A stretch of DNA of 63,876 bases, counting the filler, from Candidatus Tectimicrobiota bacterium (GTDB lineage: Bacteria; JACPSX01), in the NCBI GenBank assembly GCA_016193065.1. It is 8 parts of 8 records of this genome, joined end to end, with 100 filler letters (N's around TTAATTAATTAA, not from the genome) between each part and the next. Parts side by side here need not be neighbours in the genome. Positions count along the whole stretch, not along the records: positions 1 to 23,521 come from JACPSX010000189.1; 7 more parts are not named here. The stretch is one strand, 5' to 3'. A program made the translations under genes and the position numbers. Below are positions 11,253 through 20,374 of the stretch, in pieces. The notes under the pieces were generated by a model. That model saw only the letters and a list, made by a program, of their open reading frames with translations, ran no database searches and was not told where the DNA came from. Position 1 is the first letter of the stretch. Each line of letters opens with the position of its first letter.

Positions 11253-13139
11253 ATGGTTAAGAACAGAATCAGCCCAGACAGCCCGGAAAGATTCCAATCC
11301 CGGTTTTTCCTGCTGGTCCTGCTGACGTCCACAGTGTTTTTCATCCTCTTGGTCCGCCTCTGGTACTTGCAGGTCATCAAGGGCGATCACTTCCGGGCGA
11401 TGGCCGAGGAAAACCGGTTCCGGGAGTTCATCATCAAAAGCCCCCGGGGCAAGATCCTGGATCGTAACGGCCAGATCCTGGTGGAGAGCCGCCCTTCGTT
11501 TAACCTCTACCTGAGGCCCGAGGACGTTCCAGATCTGGAAAAGACCCTCAAATCCCTCAGCCCTCTCCTGGGCGTCCCGCTGGAAAAGCTCAAGGAAAAG
11601 GTCAGACAAGCTCCGCCGTATCGCTCTCTACTCCTCAAGCGCGATGTCAGCCGGGAGTCTGTCGCCTACATCGAGGAGCACCTCCTCGATTTGCCCGGGG
11701 TCATGCTCGACGTGGAAGCGCTCCGGTCCTATCGCCACGGCCCCATGGCCGCCCACCTTCTGGGCTACCTGGGTGAAATCACCGAGCGCCAGCTCCAGCA
11801 ACTCCGCAACCGCTCCAACAATCATTATTTTCTAGGGGAATTCATCGGGCAGTACGGTCTCGAAATGAAGTATGAAGGATACCTCCGGGGGATTCACGGA
11901 GCCAGACAAGTGGAAGTTGACGCCCTGGGTCGCGAACTGGCCTTGGTCGGCGTCAAGGATACTTACCCCGGTTCCGACCTCCAACTGACCCTCGACCTGG
12001 AGATCCAGCAGATGGCGGAAACTCTTTTGGGAGACCGCACGGGCGCGATCATCGTCATGGACCCCCGGGACGGAGCGATCTTGGCCCTGGCCGGTAAGCC
12101 TTCCTACAACCCGAATCAGTTTGCCGCCGGCATCCCGGGGGAGAAGTGGTTGGCGCTGCTCAAAGACCCCAAGAAGCCCTTGCAGAACCGGGCGATCCAG
12201 GGCCAGTATCCCCCGGCTTCCGTGTTCAAAATCGTGGTGGCCGCCGCCGCTCTGGAAGAAGGGGTCATTACCCCCAATACACTCCTAGGCTGTCCGGCTT
12301 ACTACTTCTTTGGAAACCGGGCCTATCGCAACTGGAAGAAGGAAAACCAGGGCCCGCAAAACCTGACACGGGCGCTGGCCACCTCTTGCGACACGTATTT
12401 TTATCAGGTCGCAGTTCGCCTGGGGGTGGATAAGATCGGGTATTATGCCAAGGGGTTTGGACTGGGAAAACCGACCGGATTTGATCCCATGGAGAAGGGG
12501 GGGCTAGTTCCCACTTCGGAATGGAAGCGCCGGGTTCGAGGGGAGCCCTGGTATCCCGGGGAAACCGTCTCCCTCGGCATCGGCCAGGGGCCCTACCTGA
12601 TAACTCCGCTCCAGCAGGCAATCATGATCAGCGCCATTGCTAACGGAGGAAAAATCTACAAACCCTACGTTGTCCGGAAAATTGTCACCCCCGAGGGGAA
12701 GGTGGTCTACGAGCATAAACCGGAACTCATCTCCCAAGCTCCGGTAAAGGCCGAGACCTTGGAGGCTATCCGCAAAGGACTTTGGGCCGTTGTGAACGAA
12801 AGCGGAGGAACCGGAGGGAGGGCGCGGATCGACGAATTAGGCGTGGCTGGGAAGACCGGTACAGCCCAGGTGGTGCGATTGGATCGCGCCGGGAACCGCA
12901 TTCCGGGATCTCAATACAGGGATCATAGCTGGTTTGTCTCCTACGCCCCTTTTGAAGACCCGCAGCTCGCCGTGGTGATCTTCGTGGAGAACTCGGGGGT
13001 TGGAGGTTCCACCTTTGCTCCCATCGCCAAAGAGATCTTCCTCAAGTACTTTAACATTCCCAAACCGCCCCCCCCTGTCCGCCAGAATATTCAAGCCGCG
13101 CAGACCGCTCCGGCTGGAAACCCGAACGGGGAGCACTGA
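11253..13139 (+). CDS. mrdA: penicillin-binding protein 2
   Basis: RGKILDRNG, SVFK, SCD, KTG motifs. Confidence 0.96.
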   Translation: MVKNRISPDSPERFQSRFFLLVLLTSTVFFILLVRLWYLQVIKGDHFRAMAEENRFREFIIKSPRGKILDRNGQILVESRPSFNLYLRPEDVPDLEKTLKSLSPLLGVPLEKLKEKVRQAPPYRSLLLKRDVSRESVAYIEEHLLDLPGVMLDVEALRSYRHGPMAAHLLGYLGEITERQLQQLRNRSNNHYFLGEFIGQYGLEMKYEGYLRGIHGARQVEVDALGRELALVGVKDTYPGSDLQLTLDLEIQQMAETLLGDRTGAIIVMDPRDGAILALAGKPSYNPNQFAAGIPGEKWLALLKDPKKPLQNRAIQGQYPPASVFKIVVAAAALEEGVITPNTLLGCPAYYFFGNRAYRNWKKENQGPQNLTRALATSCDTYFYQVAVRLGVDKIGYYAKGFGLGKPTGFDPMEKGGLVPTSEWKRRVRGEPWYPGETVSLGIGQGPYLITPLQQAIMISAIANGGKIYKPYVVRKIVTPEGKVVYEHKPELISQAPVKAETLEAIRKGLWAVVNESGGTGGRARIDELGVAGKTGTAQVVRLDRAGNRIPGSQYRDHSWFVSYAPFEDPQLAVVIFVENSGVGGSTFAPIAKEIFLKYFNIPKPPPPVRQNIQAAQTAPAGNPNGEH

Positions 13140-13140
13140 A

Positions 13141-14247
13141 ATGGTGGACCGGCGGGCCCTGGCCAACCTGGATTGGACTCTTGTGGTCACCACCCTGGCT
13201 CTGACCGGAGCCGGGATCCTCTCCATCTACAGCGCCTCCCGGGGAGTCAGCGGGTCTCTGGACACCCCGTTTTTTGTAAAGCAACTGTGGTGGCTGCTCT
13301 GCGGAGCTATTGCCGCAATTGTGGTCATCCTGTTCGACTACCGGACGCTGCTGCGCCTTGCCTACCCGTGCTACTTCCTCTCCCTCTGCGGTCTCATCTA
13401 CGTTTTGCTCTTCGGTCGCGTGATCTCCGGAGCCCAACGCTGGATCATCATAGGTCCTCTCACACTGCAACCTTCGGAGTTCATGAAGATTTCCTTGATC
13501 CTGACGCTGGCCAACTACTTCGACCGCCACGAAAAACCCCGCCCCTGGAACTTGCGCGACCTTTTCATTCCCGCCGTCATAACTTTGTTCCCGGCACTTC
13601 TCATCGCCAAGGAACCGGATTTGGGTACTGCCCTGGTTATCCTGGTTATTTTCGCCTCCATGTCGTTTATCGTGGGCATGAATCTCAAGTCCATTCTGGT
13701 GCTGACCGTCCTTGGTCTGGGTTCACTCCCCTTGGGCTGGTCACTCCTCAAGGATTACCAGAAGGGCAGAATCTTCACTCTATTTAATCCAGAATTGGAC
13801 CCCCTGGGCTCCGGCTATCACCTGCTGCAATCCAAAATCGCCGTCGGCTCAGGGGGAATTTGGGGGAAAGGACTTTGGGGGGGAACTCAAAGCCGGCTGA
13901 ACTTTCTCCCCGAAAAGCACACCGACTTCATCTTCTCTGTGTTTTCCGAAGACCTGGGTTTCGTGGGAGCTTCCCTTCTCCTGATCCTTTACTTCATCTT
14001 TCTCATGCGGTCCATCGATGTGGCCTACCGAGCCAAGGATTCCCTCGGGGCTCTGCTGGCCGGAGGCATCGCCTGCATGTTCACCTTCTCCGCTGCCGTA
14101 AACGTCGCCATGACCGTGGGCCTGGCACCCGTGGTGGGCATCCCCTTTCCCTTGATCAGCTATGGAGGTTCGGCCCTCCTGGCCTCCCTCATGGCCATCG
14201 GACTCCTGCTCAACGTGCACCTGAGACGGTTCAAGTTTTCGGGATAA
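13141..14247 (+). CDS. rodA: rod shape-determining protein RodA
   Basis: QPSEFMK, EPDLGT, FLPEKHTDFIF, ISYGGS. Confidence 0.96.
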   Translation: MVDRRALANLDWTLVVTTLALTGAGILSIYSASRGVSGSLDTPFFVKQLWWLLCGAIAAIVVILFDYRTLLRLAYPCYFLSLCGLIYVLLFGRVISGAQRWIIIGPLTLQPSEFMKISLILTLANYFDRHEKPRPWNLRDLFIPAVITLFPALLIAKEPDLGTALVILVIFASMSFIVGMNLKSILVLTVLGLGSLPLGWSLLKDYQKGRIFTLFNPELDPLGSGYHLLQSKIAVGSGGIWGKGLWGGTQSRLNFLPEKHTDFIFSVFSEDLGFVGASLLLILYFIFLMRSIDVAYRAKDSLGALLAGGIACMFTFSAAVNVAMTVGLAPVVGIPFPLISYGGSALLASLMAIGLLLNVHLRRFKFSG

Positions 14248-14255
14248 GGAGCCAA

Positions 14256-15809
14256 ATGGGGAACGAGATTGTCATTAATGCCGAACCCTATCAGACTCGA
14301 GTCGCCATCCTGGAAAACGGCGTGCTGGCCGAACTCTCCATGGAAAGCCCCGAGGAACGGGGGATCGTAGGGAACATCTACAAGGGCAAGGTTCTCAAGG
14401 TGCTCCCCGGCATGCAGGCGGCGTTTGTGGATCTGGGTCTGGAGAAGGCGGGCTTCCTCTACGTCGCCGACGTGACCAGCCCGGAAAGCCTGGATGAATA
14501 CGAGAAGTTCATGAACGACCCCCCGGCTTCCGAACTCCCCACGGTCGAGCCCGCCGAGATGGAGTATGCATTTTCCCCGCCGCGCGACCGAAAGTCGTCC
14601 GTTCGGCTTCCCATCGAGGAGATTTTGCAAGAAGGGCAGGAAATTCTCGTGCAGGTATCCAAGGAACCCATCGGGGGCAAGGGGTGCCGCATCACCTCCA
14701 ACATCGCCCTGCCGGGGCGCTACCTCGTCTTCACTCCGACGGGAGATCACGTGGGAGTCTCACGGCGCATCGAGGATGAGACCGAACGCCGACGGCTCCG
14801 CGACCTGGTCAAGGGATTGAAGTCGGCGGGAAGCGGGTTTATCATCCGTACAGTCAGCGCGGGGAAGAGTGAGGCGGAGCTGCAGTCGGACATCAACTTC
14901 CTCACCAAGCTCTGGGCCGACGTCCAGGAGAAGAGTGAGCGGACAAACGCCCCGGCGCTCATCCACAACGATCTGGACCTGATCACCCGGATCATCAGAG
15001 ATCAGTTCACGGATCAGGTGGACCGCCTCGTGATCGATTCCCCGGAGGAGTATGAACGGGTCAAGGACTTCCTGCACAGACTCCTGCCGCACCTCGAATC
15101 CAAGCTCGTGCTTTACACGGAGAAAGAACCAATTTTCGATGCTTTCGGCATCGAGCTGGAAATCAGCAAAGCCCTGGGGCCCAAGGTGTGGCTGAAGTCG
15201 GGAGGTTACATCGTCATCGAGGAGACGGAAGCCCTGGTGGCCATTGACGTGAACACAGGCCGGTTTGTGGGAAAGCACAACCTCGAGGAAACGATCCTAA
15301 AGACGAACCTGGAAGCGGTCAAAGAAATTGTCTATCAGATCCGCCTGCGCAACATCGGCGGGATCATCATCCTCGACTTCATCGATATGGAAAGCGAGCC
15401 CCATAAGGAGAGAGTGTTCACGGCCCTGGAGCAGGCCCTGAAAGCGGACCGCTACCGCACCACGGTGCTGCGCCTCTCCGAATTTGGCCTCGTGCAGATG
15501 ACCCGCAAGCGGGTTCGAGAGAATTTGACCAACCAAATGTGCCAGCCCTGCCATTACTGTGAGGGTAAGGGGGTCATTCAATCCACCCGTACGATCTGTT
15601 ATGAGATCTTCCGGGAACTGCAGCGAGCGGCTAACTCTGCCCCCCGGAAAAAGAAGCTTGTTGTTACGGCTCACCCCACGGTGGCGAATCTCCTGCTGGA
15701 TGAAAAAGAAGCCTTCCTCAACAGACTGGAAGGAGCCTTACAAAATAGGATCCTCGTTAAAGTCGACTATTCCTTTCACCTGGAGCACTACGAAGTCGTG
15801 CCCCTGTGA
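14256..15809 (+). CDS. rng: ribonuclease G (Rne/Rng family)
   Basis: GNIYKGKV...PGMQAAFVDLG S1 domain, IDVNTG, RLRNIGGIIILDFID. Confidence 0.94.
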   Translation: MGNEIVINAEPYQTRVAILENGVLAELSMESPEERGIVGNIYKGKVLKVLPGMQAAFVDLGLEKAGFLYVADVTSPESLDEYEKFMNDPPASELPTVEPAEMEYAFSPPRDRKSSVRLPIEEILQEGQEILVQVSKEPIGGKGCRITSNIALPGRYLVFTPTGDHVGVSRRIEDETERRRLRDLVKGLKSAGSGFIIRTVSAGKSEAELQSDINFLTKLWADVQEKSERTNAPALIHNDLDLITRIIRDQFTDQVDRLVIDSPEEYERVKDFLHRLLPHLESKLVLYTEKEPIFDAFGIELEISKALGPKVWLKSGGYIVIEETEALVAIDVNTGRFVGKHNLEETILKTNLEAVKEIVYQIRLRNIGGIIILDFIDMESEPHKERVFTALEQALKADRYRTTVLRLSEFGLVQMTRKRVRENLTNQMCQPCHYCEGKGVIQSTRTICYEIFRELQRAANSAPRKKKLVVTAHPTVANLLLDEKEAFLNRLEGALQNRILVKVDYSFHLEHYEVVPL

Positions 15810-15844
15810 ACCTTGTGGCCGAGCCGTTGTTGCTCTCCCCGGGT

Positions 15845-15932
15845 CCTCGGGGGTATCCACACCCAGGCTGCGGGTACCCATCCTATGGGTGCGGCTCTCG
15901 AAGCGCTTGCGGCGGTACATTTGTCAGCCGGA
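15845..15932 (+). repeat. dispersed intergenic repeat family A, degenerate copy
   Basis: cctcgggggtatccacacccagg...cggctctcgaagcgcttgcg...agccgg matches the copies at 45754 and 63259. Confidence 0.65.
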
Positions 15933-16020
15933 GCGAGTAACCCTCCGACCCGAAACCTCTAAGGAGGCCCCTTTCCTATGGAGCCGCAAAAACAGGGGGT
16001 GAGCAGGCCAGTGAGATCTC

Positions 16021-16049
16021 TTGACGGGAATTGCCCTTTGGTTTAATAT
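16021..16049 (+). promoter_or_regulatory. sigma70 promoter of hflX
   Basis: TTGACG-17-TAATAT. Confidence 0.6.
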
Positions 16050-16084
16050 AAATTTTGTAGGTATTTGTCGGAGGTCGGCAAACC

Positions 16085-17800
16085 ATCCATAAACTTTACG
16101 GTAACACCCTCGGACTCAAACCCAGCGAGATACACCGTGTCGAGCGCATTTACCGGCGCCGCATCCCGCCCGACCGCGTGGTTACCCTAGAGCTGTGCCG
16201 TTATCTGTGCGAACTCTCTTTCGAGATCAAGCGGCAGATCGGCCTGCTCGCAAACCGGGCCGGTAACATCACCCTGGTTGTTGTGGGCGATAGCCGGGGA
16301 ATCCTTATCCCACCCTTGCCCCGTTATCGGACCGGGCCTTCCCGGCTGCGCGGGTTGCGCTGCATACACACCCACCTGCACGGGGAGAGTCTGACCCGGG
16401 ACGATCTTACGGATCTGGCCCGGCTGCGGCTGGACTTCATGGCGGCCCTGGAGGTCAACGAGGAAGGGATGCCAGGGCAGATCTACGGAGCCCACCTCCT
16501 GCCTTCCACGGAGGCAACGGAACTCTGGTCGCTCCTGCCCGCGGTTCCGGCGCATCAGTGGAGCCTGGATTTCGCCCAGCTTGTGCAATCCCTCGAGGAG
16601 GAGTTCACCCGGCTCTTTCGTTCCCGAGCCGTGGAAGGTAAGCGCGATCGCGCCATCCTCGTCCACGTGTCCTCCAACGGCCACTCCCAAGCCGAGGATT
16701 CCGTGGCCGAACTCAAGGAGCTGGCGGACTCCAGCGGAGTTTCCGTTCTCGACTCGATCATTCAGCATCGGCCCAAGACCGATCCCAAGTATCTCCTCGG
16801 CAAAGGCAAGCTCCAGGAACTCATCATCCGCAGCTTGCAGCTCGGAGCCGATACGATCATCTTCGACCACGACCTGACACCGGCTCAGGCCCGCTCCATC
16901 GCCGATGCCACCGACCTGAAGATTATTGACCGGACCCAACTCATACTCGACATTTTCGCGCAGAGGGCTCAGAGCCGGGAGGGGAAGATTCAAGTCGAGC
17001 TCGCCCAGTTGAAATACCTGCTCCCGAAACTGGTCGGCCGGGGCGACTCCCTCTCCCGGCTGGCCGGGGGGATCGGAGGTCGCGGCCCCGGAGAAACCAA
17101 GCTGGAGATCGACCGCCGCCGGGCCCGCGATCGGATTCATCGTCTGGAAAGGGAAATCGAGGCCCTGGCCAAGCGGCGGATGGTCCGTCGCACCCAGAGA
17201 GGCAAGAAGGGGATCCCCGTGGTCGCCATCGTCGGTTACACCAACGCGGGAAAATCAACCCTCCTCAACACCTTAACTCACAGCCAAGTACTGGTGGCTG
17301 ACCAGCTCTTCGCCACGCTCGATCCCGCCAGCCGCAGGTTGCGGCTCCCCCAAGATCAGGAAATTATCATCTCCGATACGGTGGGACTTATCCGCAACCT
17401 GCCGAAAGACTTGACGGCCGCCTTTCGAGCCACCCTGGATGAGCTTCACGATGCGGATTTCCTCCTGCACGTGGTGGATATGAGCAATCCCGAATGTGAA
17501 CAGCAAATGAGCGCGGTGACCCGCATTTTGGCGGACCTCGGCCTGGCCGAGAAACCCCTGCTCACTGTATTTAATAAAGTCGACAAGGTGAGCCCCGAGA
17601 TCGGGCGCAACCTCGGCAAGCGCCATGAAGCCGTGGTCATCTCGGCTCTTCGCCCGGAGACTTTAGCGACCCTTCTGGAGAAGATTCAGTCCCTTCTCCG
17701 GCGAACCCCTGCTGAACCGGGAGAAAATACCCTCTCCCCTCATCCCCCCAACCGCTTTCTCCCGGAAGGAAGCAAGGCCCAGAGTGCTTGCATCCCATAG
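16085..17800 (+). CDS. hflX: GTPase HflX, long form, probable ATC start
   Basis: GPGETKLE, GYTNAGKST, DTVG, NKVD. The conserved N-terminus IHKLYGNTLGLKPSE lies upstream of the called GTG; GGAGGT is 9 nt before the ATC. Confidence 0.92.
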   Translation: MHKLYGNTLGLKPSEIHRVERIYRRRIPPDRVVTLELCRYLCELSFEIKRQIGLLANRAGNITLVVVGDSRGILIPPLPRYRTGPSRLRGLRCIHTHLHGESLTRDDLTDLARLRLDFMAALEVNEEGMPGQIYGAHLLPSTEATELWSLLPAVPAHQWSLDFAQLVQSLEEEFTRLFRSRAVEGKRDRAILVHVSSNGHSQAEDSVAELKELADSSGVSVLDSIIQHRPKTDPKYLLGKGKLQELIIRSLQLGADTIIFDHDLTPAQARSIADATDLKIIDRTQLILDIFAQRAQSREGKIQVELAQLKYLLPKLVGRGDSLSRLAGGIGGRGPGETKLEIDRRRARDRIHRLEREIEALAKRRMVRRTQRGKKGIPVVAIVGYTNAGKSTLLNTLTHSQVLVADQLFATLDPASRRLRLPQDQEIIISDTVGLIRNLPKDLTAAFRATLDELHDADFLLHVVDMSNPECEQQMSAVTRILADLGLAEKPLLTVFNKVDKVSPEIGRNLGKRHEAVVISALRPETLATLLEKIQSLLRRTPAEPGENTLSPHPPNRFLPEGSKAQSACIP

Positions 17801-18141
17801 CCGAGAAGGAAAAGGGCGGCGAGAAGACGGGTGAACCCGCCCAGCCGTTCCAGGAGCCCGACCAGAAGAGCGATCCCTGCTCCCGTGAGGCTTATTCCAA
17901 TGACCAGGAGGTACGCAGTTCGCACAATTCCCGGGAAGGGGAAGAGATGGGAGAGGAGCCGACGGGCGAGACGGCTCCACTCCTGGCAGACAGAGACGGA
18001 CCGTTTTCCTGGCGGGGAGAGGGAAGATCCACAGTAAAGGCAGCGCCGGTCCCCGGCCCGGGCCGGAAACCCGCACTTCGGGCATTCTCTGGAGAGGTCA
18101 ACGTGAACCGGATGCTCGGATTTCGGGAGGTCGTCTTCCAT
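17740..18141 (-). CDS. hypothetical zinc-ribbon membrane protein
   Basis: CPKCG...CLYCG followed by two hydrophobic segments. Confidence 0.55.
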   Translation of the reverse strand: MEDDLPKSEHPVHVDLSRECPKCGFPARAGDRRCLYCGSSLSPPGKRSVSVCQEWSRLARRLLSHLFPFPGIVRTAYLLVIGISLTGAGIALLVGLLERLGGFTRLLAALFLLGYGMQALWALLPSGRKRLGG

Positions 18142-18286
18142 ACCCTGCGCGAAGCCCCATCCTCAGGCGGGAACCCCGAAGTGCCTTAAATTAAATTAGG
18201 CGATCCCCACCGAGTTGGCAAGGTCTTTCTCCAGAAGCAGGAACCGATGGCGAAAGCAAGAGACCGGCGTTAGACTGGGGAGAGGT

Positions 18287-18967
18287 ATGATACCCCTGAA
18301 AGACGACAATCCGACCAGGACGTTTCCCGCCGTAACGCTCGGGATCATCGGCCTCAATATCCTTTTTTTTCTCTACGAGATCGGCCTGAGTCCCGCCCAA
18401 CGCGAGACGTTCTTCTATCAACTGGGGGCTATCCCCTTCGAGATCACCCATCTTGTCCCCCTTTCCCCGCAGAAGGCGATTCCATTGCCTGCCAGCCTGT
18501 TCACCGCCATGTTCGTCCACGGGGGGTTCGTCCATCTGGCCGGCAATATGCTTTACCTCTGGGTATTCGGCAACAACATCGAGGACGCCCTGGGACACGG
18601 GAAGTTCATCGCCTTCTATTTCCTCGTGGGGCTCATTGCCAGTTTTAGCCACATCCTCTCGGCCCCCGACTCTCCAGTTCCAATGGTCGGAGCCAGCGGA
18701 GCCATTGCCGGAATCCTGGGAGCTTACGTTTACCTCTTCCCCCGGGCCCGTATTCGGACTCTGGTCATTTTTTTCTTTTTCATCTCGATTGTCCGGATCC
18801 CGGCAATCCTCGTCCTGGGAGTCTGGTTTCTCGTGCAAATTCTCAACGCAGGCGGGGGTGGAGGGGTGGCTTGGTACGCTCACATCGGTGGGTTTCTAGC
18901 GGGCCTATTTTTGATCATAGGGTTTAGCCGGCGGCGGGGCTTTCGACGGCCCTCTGCCTGGGAGTAA
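18287..18967 (+). CDS. rhomboid family intramembrane serine protease
   Basis: MIPLKDDNP, HLAGNMLYLWVFG, GASGA, AHIGG. Confidence 0.94.
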   Translation: MIPLKDDNPTRTFPAVTLGIIGLNILFFLYEIGLSPAQRETFFYQLGAIPFEITHLVPLSPQKAIPLPASLFTAMFVHGGFVHLAGNMLYLWVFGNNIEDALGHGKFIAFYFLVGLIASFSHILSAPDSPVPMVGASGAIAGILGAYVYLFPRARIRTLVIFFFFISIVRIPAILVLGVWFLVQILNAGGGGGVAWYAHIGGFLAGLFLIIGFSRRRGFRRPSAWE

Positions 18968-18974
18968 GATTTTC

Positions 18975-20030
18975 TCAGGCTCGCTCCCCTCCCACGATAC
19001 TCCCCATCTCCTCCAGGAGCCGATCGGTCATGGGATCGCTGCCAACCGTGATCCGCAAGGAGTTTTCCAGACCAGGCGCGTCGAAATAACGCACTAGGAT
19101 CCCTCTTTCCTTAAGACTCCGGTAGACCCTTTCTTGGCGCTCAGCACCGCGATAGGACAGGACAAAATTGCTCCTGGAAAGGTGAACCCCGTAGCCAAGC
19201 GCTTTTAAGCCCTGGCAGAGTCGCTCCCGGGTTCTCACGATCCGGTCCCGGTTGGCCAGCATCCAGGGCAAGTCTTCCAGGGCCGCGCAGCCGGCAACCA
19301 TGCTGAGGCGGTTCACGTTGTAAGAATCCTTGACCTTCAGGAATCCGTGAATGAGATCCGCATGGGCGAACCCCAGACCAATGCGGAGCCCGGCCAACGA
19401 GAACGACTTGGAGAGCGTTCTCAGGACTACCAGGTTCGGGTATCGAGCGACCAGGGGGAGAGCCGTCTCCTCGGCAAAATCCACATAGGCCTCGTCCACC
19501 ACCAAAATCCCTGGTAAGGCGCGGGCTAATTCTTCCACCTGGGTCACGGGAACCGCCGTGCCCGAGGGGGAGTTGGGATTTGCCAGGAAAGTGAGCTTCG
19601 CTCCAAGATTCTTGATCCCGGCAGGGAGCGAAAAATCAGGAGGAAAGGGGAAATAGTGATGAATCCCTTCCTGGAGCACCACGAGAGTATCGTAAAGGGT
19701 ATAAGTCGGTGTCGGCATCGCCACCGGATCCCCGGAATCAATACAGGCCCGGCTGATGATGGTCAGAAGATCATCCGAGCCGTTGCCGACGATGATGTTT
19801 TCCGCATCCACCCCGTACACCCGGGCTGCCGTCTGGCGCAACGAGGTGGCCAGGGGATCCGGGTAAAGGTTAAGACCCTTCTCGATCTCCTTCCGGAGAG
19901 CCTCGAGCACCTGCGGCGATGGCGGATAAGGATTCTCATTCGTGTTGAGCTTGATGAAGGCGCCCACGGGAGGTTGCTCCCCGGGAACATAGCCCGCCAT
20001 TTCCCGGACCACCCGACGCAAGGTATCCAT
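18975..20030 (-). CDS. hisC: histidinol-phosphate aminotransferase
   Basis: YVPGEQP, KLNTNENPY, DEAY, TLSKSFSLAGLRIG. Confidence 0.93.
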   Translation of the reverse strand: MDTLRRVVREMAGYVPGEQPPVGAFIKLNTNENPYPPSPQVLEALRKEIEKGLNLYPDPLATSLRQTAARVYGVDAENIIVGNGSDDLLTIISRACIDSGDPVAMPTPTYTLYDTLVVLQEGIHHYFPFPPDFSLPAGIKNLGAKLTFLANPNSPSGTAVPVTQVEELARALPGILVVDEAYVDFAEETALPLVARYPNLVVLRTLSKSFSLAGLRIGLGFAHADLIHGFLKVKDSYNVNRLSMVAGCAALEDLPWMLANRDRIVRTRERLCQGLKALGYGVHLSRSNFVLSYRGAERQERVYRSLKERGILVRYFDAPGLENSLRITVGSDPMTDRLLEEMGSIVGGERA

Positions 20031-20062
20031 CTCTCCTCCCTTCTCAAGAGCAGGAAGCCGGA

Positions 20063-20374
20063 TCAAGAGGAAACTTCGGACCCCATGATGACCTCGTAAA
20101 TCTCCAAAACGTTGGGTCCCGAAAACATCTGCGCAGGAGGATGGTCGGCATGAGCCTGGCGGAAAGCCTCGCTTTGACTCCAGGCTTCGAAGGCCTGCCG
20201 CGTCTCCCAGTACACGAGGACCACATAGTGATCTCCGCGGATTGGGCGCAAGATTTCGTTGCGGAGAAATCCAGGCGCACTTTCCACCAAGCGCAGGCGC
20301 CTGCCAAAACGTTCTTCGAAAGCTTTCTCGTACCCTTTGGCCACCGGAATTCGATTGGCAACCACAATCATCAC
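20063..20374 (-). CDS. antibiotic biosynthesis monooxygenase family (IsdG/HmoA-like) protein
   Basis: ANRIPV...FEERF...PGF...WETRQAFEAW..SEAFRQAH. Confidence 0.88.
   Translation of the reverse strand: MMIVVANRIPVAKGYEKAFEERFGRRLRLVESAPGFLRNEILRPIRGDHYVVLVYWETRQAFEAWSQSEAFRQAHADHPPAQMFSGPNVLEIYEVIMGSEVSS

Noticed and set aside
13000-14255. Long N-terminal extensions on rodA and rng (likewise hisC, dsrK2, dsrO, fusA) in the ORF track
   Set aside because: They overlap upstream genes; RBS-supported downstream starts match the family N-termini.
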